In this document: in pieces, positions 61,388-64,000 of the stretch
Layout of the letters: each line of letters opens with the position of its first letter
How positions within the stretch are numbered: the first letter of the stretch is position 1
Source of the DNA: the human T2T-CHM13v2.0 reference genome, Homo sapiens
DNA: 64,000 nt
Strand: one strand, 5' to 3'
Assembly: GCF_009914755.1 (NCBI RefSeq)
Contig: NC_060928.1
Notes under the pieces: generated by a model
What the model was told of the DNA's origin: nothing
What the model saw: the letters and a program-made list of their open reading frames with translations, nothing else
Databases searched by the model: none
Program-made: the position numbers and the translations under genes

Positions 61388-62594
61388 AGGTTGTAATTAA
61401 TGGCCCAGGGCAGAGGACCTATATAAGCTATTAGCTAATGCATTTTGATTTTTTTTTTTCATTTTTCTCTTTTCCCTCTTTGTGGGAGGTTGCTGTCTTC
61501 CTTTGAGGGAAGTAAATATGACACCTCAGAAATGTATTTAAAATAAAAGACTCTCAAGTGACAAAAAACATATTGACTTTATTAGAGGTGTTCAAATTTC
61601 TTCAAGAAAAGGCACATTACATATTGGTAATGCAAACAGTTCTTTCACATGGAATCTGTGTCCTTCATATTTTTGAAAAACATTTTGGCAAAGGCTTATT
61701 GGCTGAGGCTCCCCAGTCAAGGCCATTAGGAGTGGAGGTGGGTGAAAGAAAAAAAATGGGACCCTGGAGTAACCATTGCCATGTTGGAGTTTAAGAACAT
61801 CACTATCATGGGGATAGGGAACATGATGGTTGAAAAGGATGTACTTTGACATCATTAATTCTTTTTAATTATTTATTCATTCATTTACATACACTGAGCA
61901 CTGACTCCCACCCAGGGACTGGTTGCCTATATGGTCGGAGTCTGGCTGCACAAGTGTCCACTTGAATAAATGATAATTAATTCACTGAGCCAGCTTAGGA
62001 GTTGAAGCATGCCCAAAGTGATGCAGGAGATCCTACAGAAAAGTCACCATATGTAAGAGAGCTGAAAAGGGCTTCCGGCAGAACAGTCCAGATTCACTGG
62101 GCTGGGTTTGAAAAGCTATGTAGACGTTGTTTTTTTCTGAGAAGATGGAGAAGGAAATTCACATGGAGGGAGAAGCATTTTGTCCGGGATCCTTTAGGGA
62201 AGTCTGAAGATGATGTGGCTGTAGTAAAGGTCCCATAGAGGGACTGCGAAGAGATGAAGCTGGAAAGGTATTTTGGGGCCATATGGGACAGTCTTTTAAG
62301 CCAGCTGGAGTTTTGATTTATGTTTCATTTTCCCATAGGGGAATGACATGCTCTGCATTTGACCCTTTCAATCTATTTGCAAATAGTAGCCAAGTTGAGT
62401 CAGATCACTTAACACTTTTGCAAAATCTGTAATGACTTCCATTTTACTCAAAATAAAATCCAACTAACAGTGAATTATAAGACAGTGCATGCTTGCCCCT
62501 CCTCCCTCTCATCTCTTATTGAGCTACTCTCTTATCCACTGTAACCCAACCACAATGACCTCATAACTGTTCCTCAAACACTCCAGAGTCTTCA

Positions 62595-62857
62595 GCTCTT
62601 GAACTCCAGGATTCTCACCAGTGGCCAACAGTTTCTCAGACCTTAGGTTTTGAATTGAGTTACGTCATCAGCTTTCCTGGTTTTAAGGCTTTCAAACATG
62701 GATTGGCTTCTCTGATTCTCCAGTTTGCTGACAACCTATCCTGGGACTTTCCTGCCATCATAAGTGAGTAAGTCAATTCCCCTAATAAATCCCATCTCTC
62801 ACTTCTCTCTCTCTCTCAATGTACATGTTTCCCTCTGGATAACCCTGGCTAAAACTA
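62595..62857 (+). mobile_element. MLT2-type LTR 3' fragment within L2
   Basis: catcagctttcctggtt...ttctccagtttgctgac...gtcaattcccctaataaatccc...tttccctctggataaccctggctaa; L2-like sequence at 62400-62590. Confidence 0.7.
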
Positions 62858-63435
62858 AGATCCAAACGAACTCTAGGTACTTCTCTACTGTTTGCAATGC
62901 CTGAGCAGGACCAGAGTGAGTGTCTGGGGATTTGGGGAGTGCTTAAAGGGATTCCTGCTCTCATTGATTGGAGGGAAAATTTTCTCGCAGTTGGAGAGAA
63001 AAGTTCCAAAGAAACAGGTAGAAAATAGAGAAAAAGGGCTTTCAGATTGACCTGAAATCTCAACATTTTGTTGAAGGAAGAAATCATATTCTCAATGCCA
63101 GTATATGGTCTGGAATTGTTTCACAGGATGGGAAACGAATAGGAACTAGGAACTGCATAGTAAATTGTAATAAATAGTATGATTGGTCCACATGTCTAAG
63201 TGGCTTATGGACTTAGCAAAAAGGACAGAAAGCTAATGAAGCTCTCTGTGATTTAGGATTTAGGATTTAAGTCATGATTAACACAATAACATTTGCTTTC
63301 ATCAGCTGGCTAATACAAAACAGAGTCTCTATCCAGAGATAATAATGATCATGAACAAGTCAGCAATTGCTACCCAAGAGTGAGCAGCACTTTATGTGCC
63401 AGGTACTTTTAATGAAAGTTTTAAATAGTTTAATC

Positions 63436-63660
63436 CAAGAGTTGGCAACATTTTTCTGTAAAGAGCCAGGTGGTAAACATTTTGAAATTCAGGACATAGG
63501 ATCTCTGTCACAACTACCTGACTCTGCTATTACAGCAGAAACACAGCCACAGATGACACGCAAACAAGTTGGCATACTATGTTTTGATAAAACTTTATTT
63601 ACAAAAATAAGAAAAGGCAGTCTCTAGATTTGGCCATGGGCTGTAATTTGATGGCCTCTG
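63436..63660 (+). mobile_element. MER58A (hAT-Charlie) inserted in a MIR
   Basis: caagagttggcaacatttttctgtaaagagccag...ataaaactttatttacaaaaata...gatttggccatgggctgtaatttgatggcctctg; MIR-like flanks. Confidence 0.85.
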
Positions 63661-64000
63661 GTTTGGTTTAGCTGATAGCCTTCCCAGCTCTATGGTATTA
63701 TTTTTAACCCCAATATATTGATTAGGGGACTGGAGCTAAATTAGGGCTAAGCTGAGATATAGAGGGGGGCAGTGTTCTAATACATATCAATATAATTCCA
63801 ATGCCTACATTCTTTATTATACATTGAATTTTTCACTCAGCTGTGACAAATGAATCTGTATTTCTACCATCTATATCCCTTTTTCACCAAAGGAACCGCT
63901 AGTGGAAGATATGTTGGTTTTATTTGCCCTTATTCAGCTCCAAACTTCGGTGGGGACCCTCAGAGATAGCGCATGTTTTCTGTTTCTCAAGTACATTTAC

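Noticed and set aside
63880-64000. Possible exon at the right edge (ttttcaccaaag|gaaccg...)
   Set aside because: Weak acceptor, no recognisable peptide and cut off by the window end.

Overview
AT-rich primate (human or great-ape-like) non-coding DNA, intergenic or deep intronic, dominated by interspersed repeats. I find no host protein-coding exon, RNA gene or CRISPR array; the long ORFs in the track are decayed L1, Alu or MaLR/ERVL frames. Contents: the 5' half of an old L1M1/L1MA-type LINE (1-4313, -), two 5'-truncated young L1PA copies with TSDs (7041-8579 +; 25389-27707 -), a near full-length older L1PA (40342-46533 +), a long L1MC/MD (50850-56485 -), two two-LTR THE1/MaLR elements plus two solo THE1 LTRs, LTR40, MLT2 LTRs, an ERVL pol remnant, six Alus, Tigger3/MER53/MER58A DNA-transposon relics and L2/MIR/CR1 fossils. 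The most notable item is a 1.3-kb non-repeat, CpG-retaining retroposed insert (53806-55114) with a 15-bp TSD, ATTAAA signal and decayed A-tail, sitting inside the old L1. It is a processed-transcript retrocopy or orphan transduction whose source I cannot name. Other second-look items: an L1PA whose truncation point mirrors the L1 target it landed in, a head-to-head Alu pair 28 bp apart, an 89-bp near-perfect tandem duplication, and templated-insertion scars. Repeat subfamily names come from recalled consensus sequences, not a database search. I see no convincing evidence of a new multi-gene biological system.
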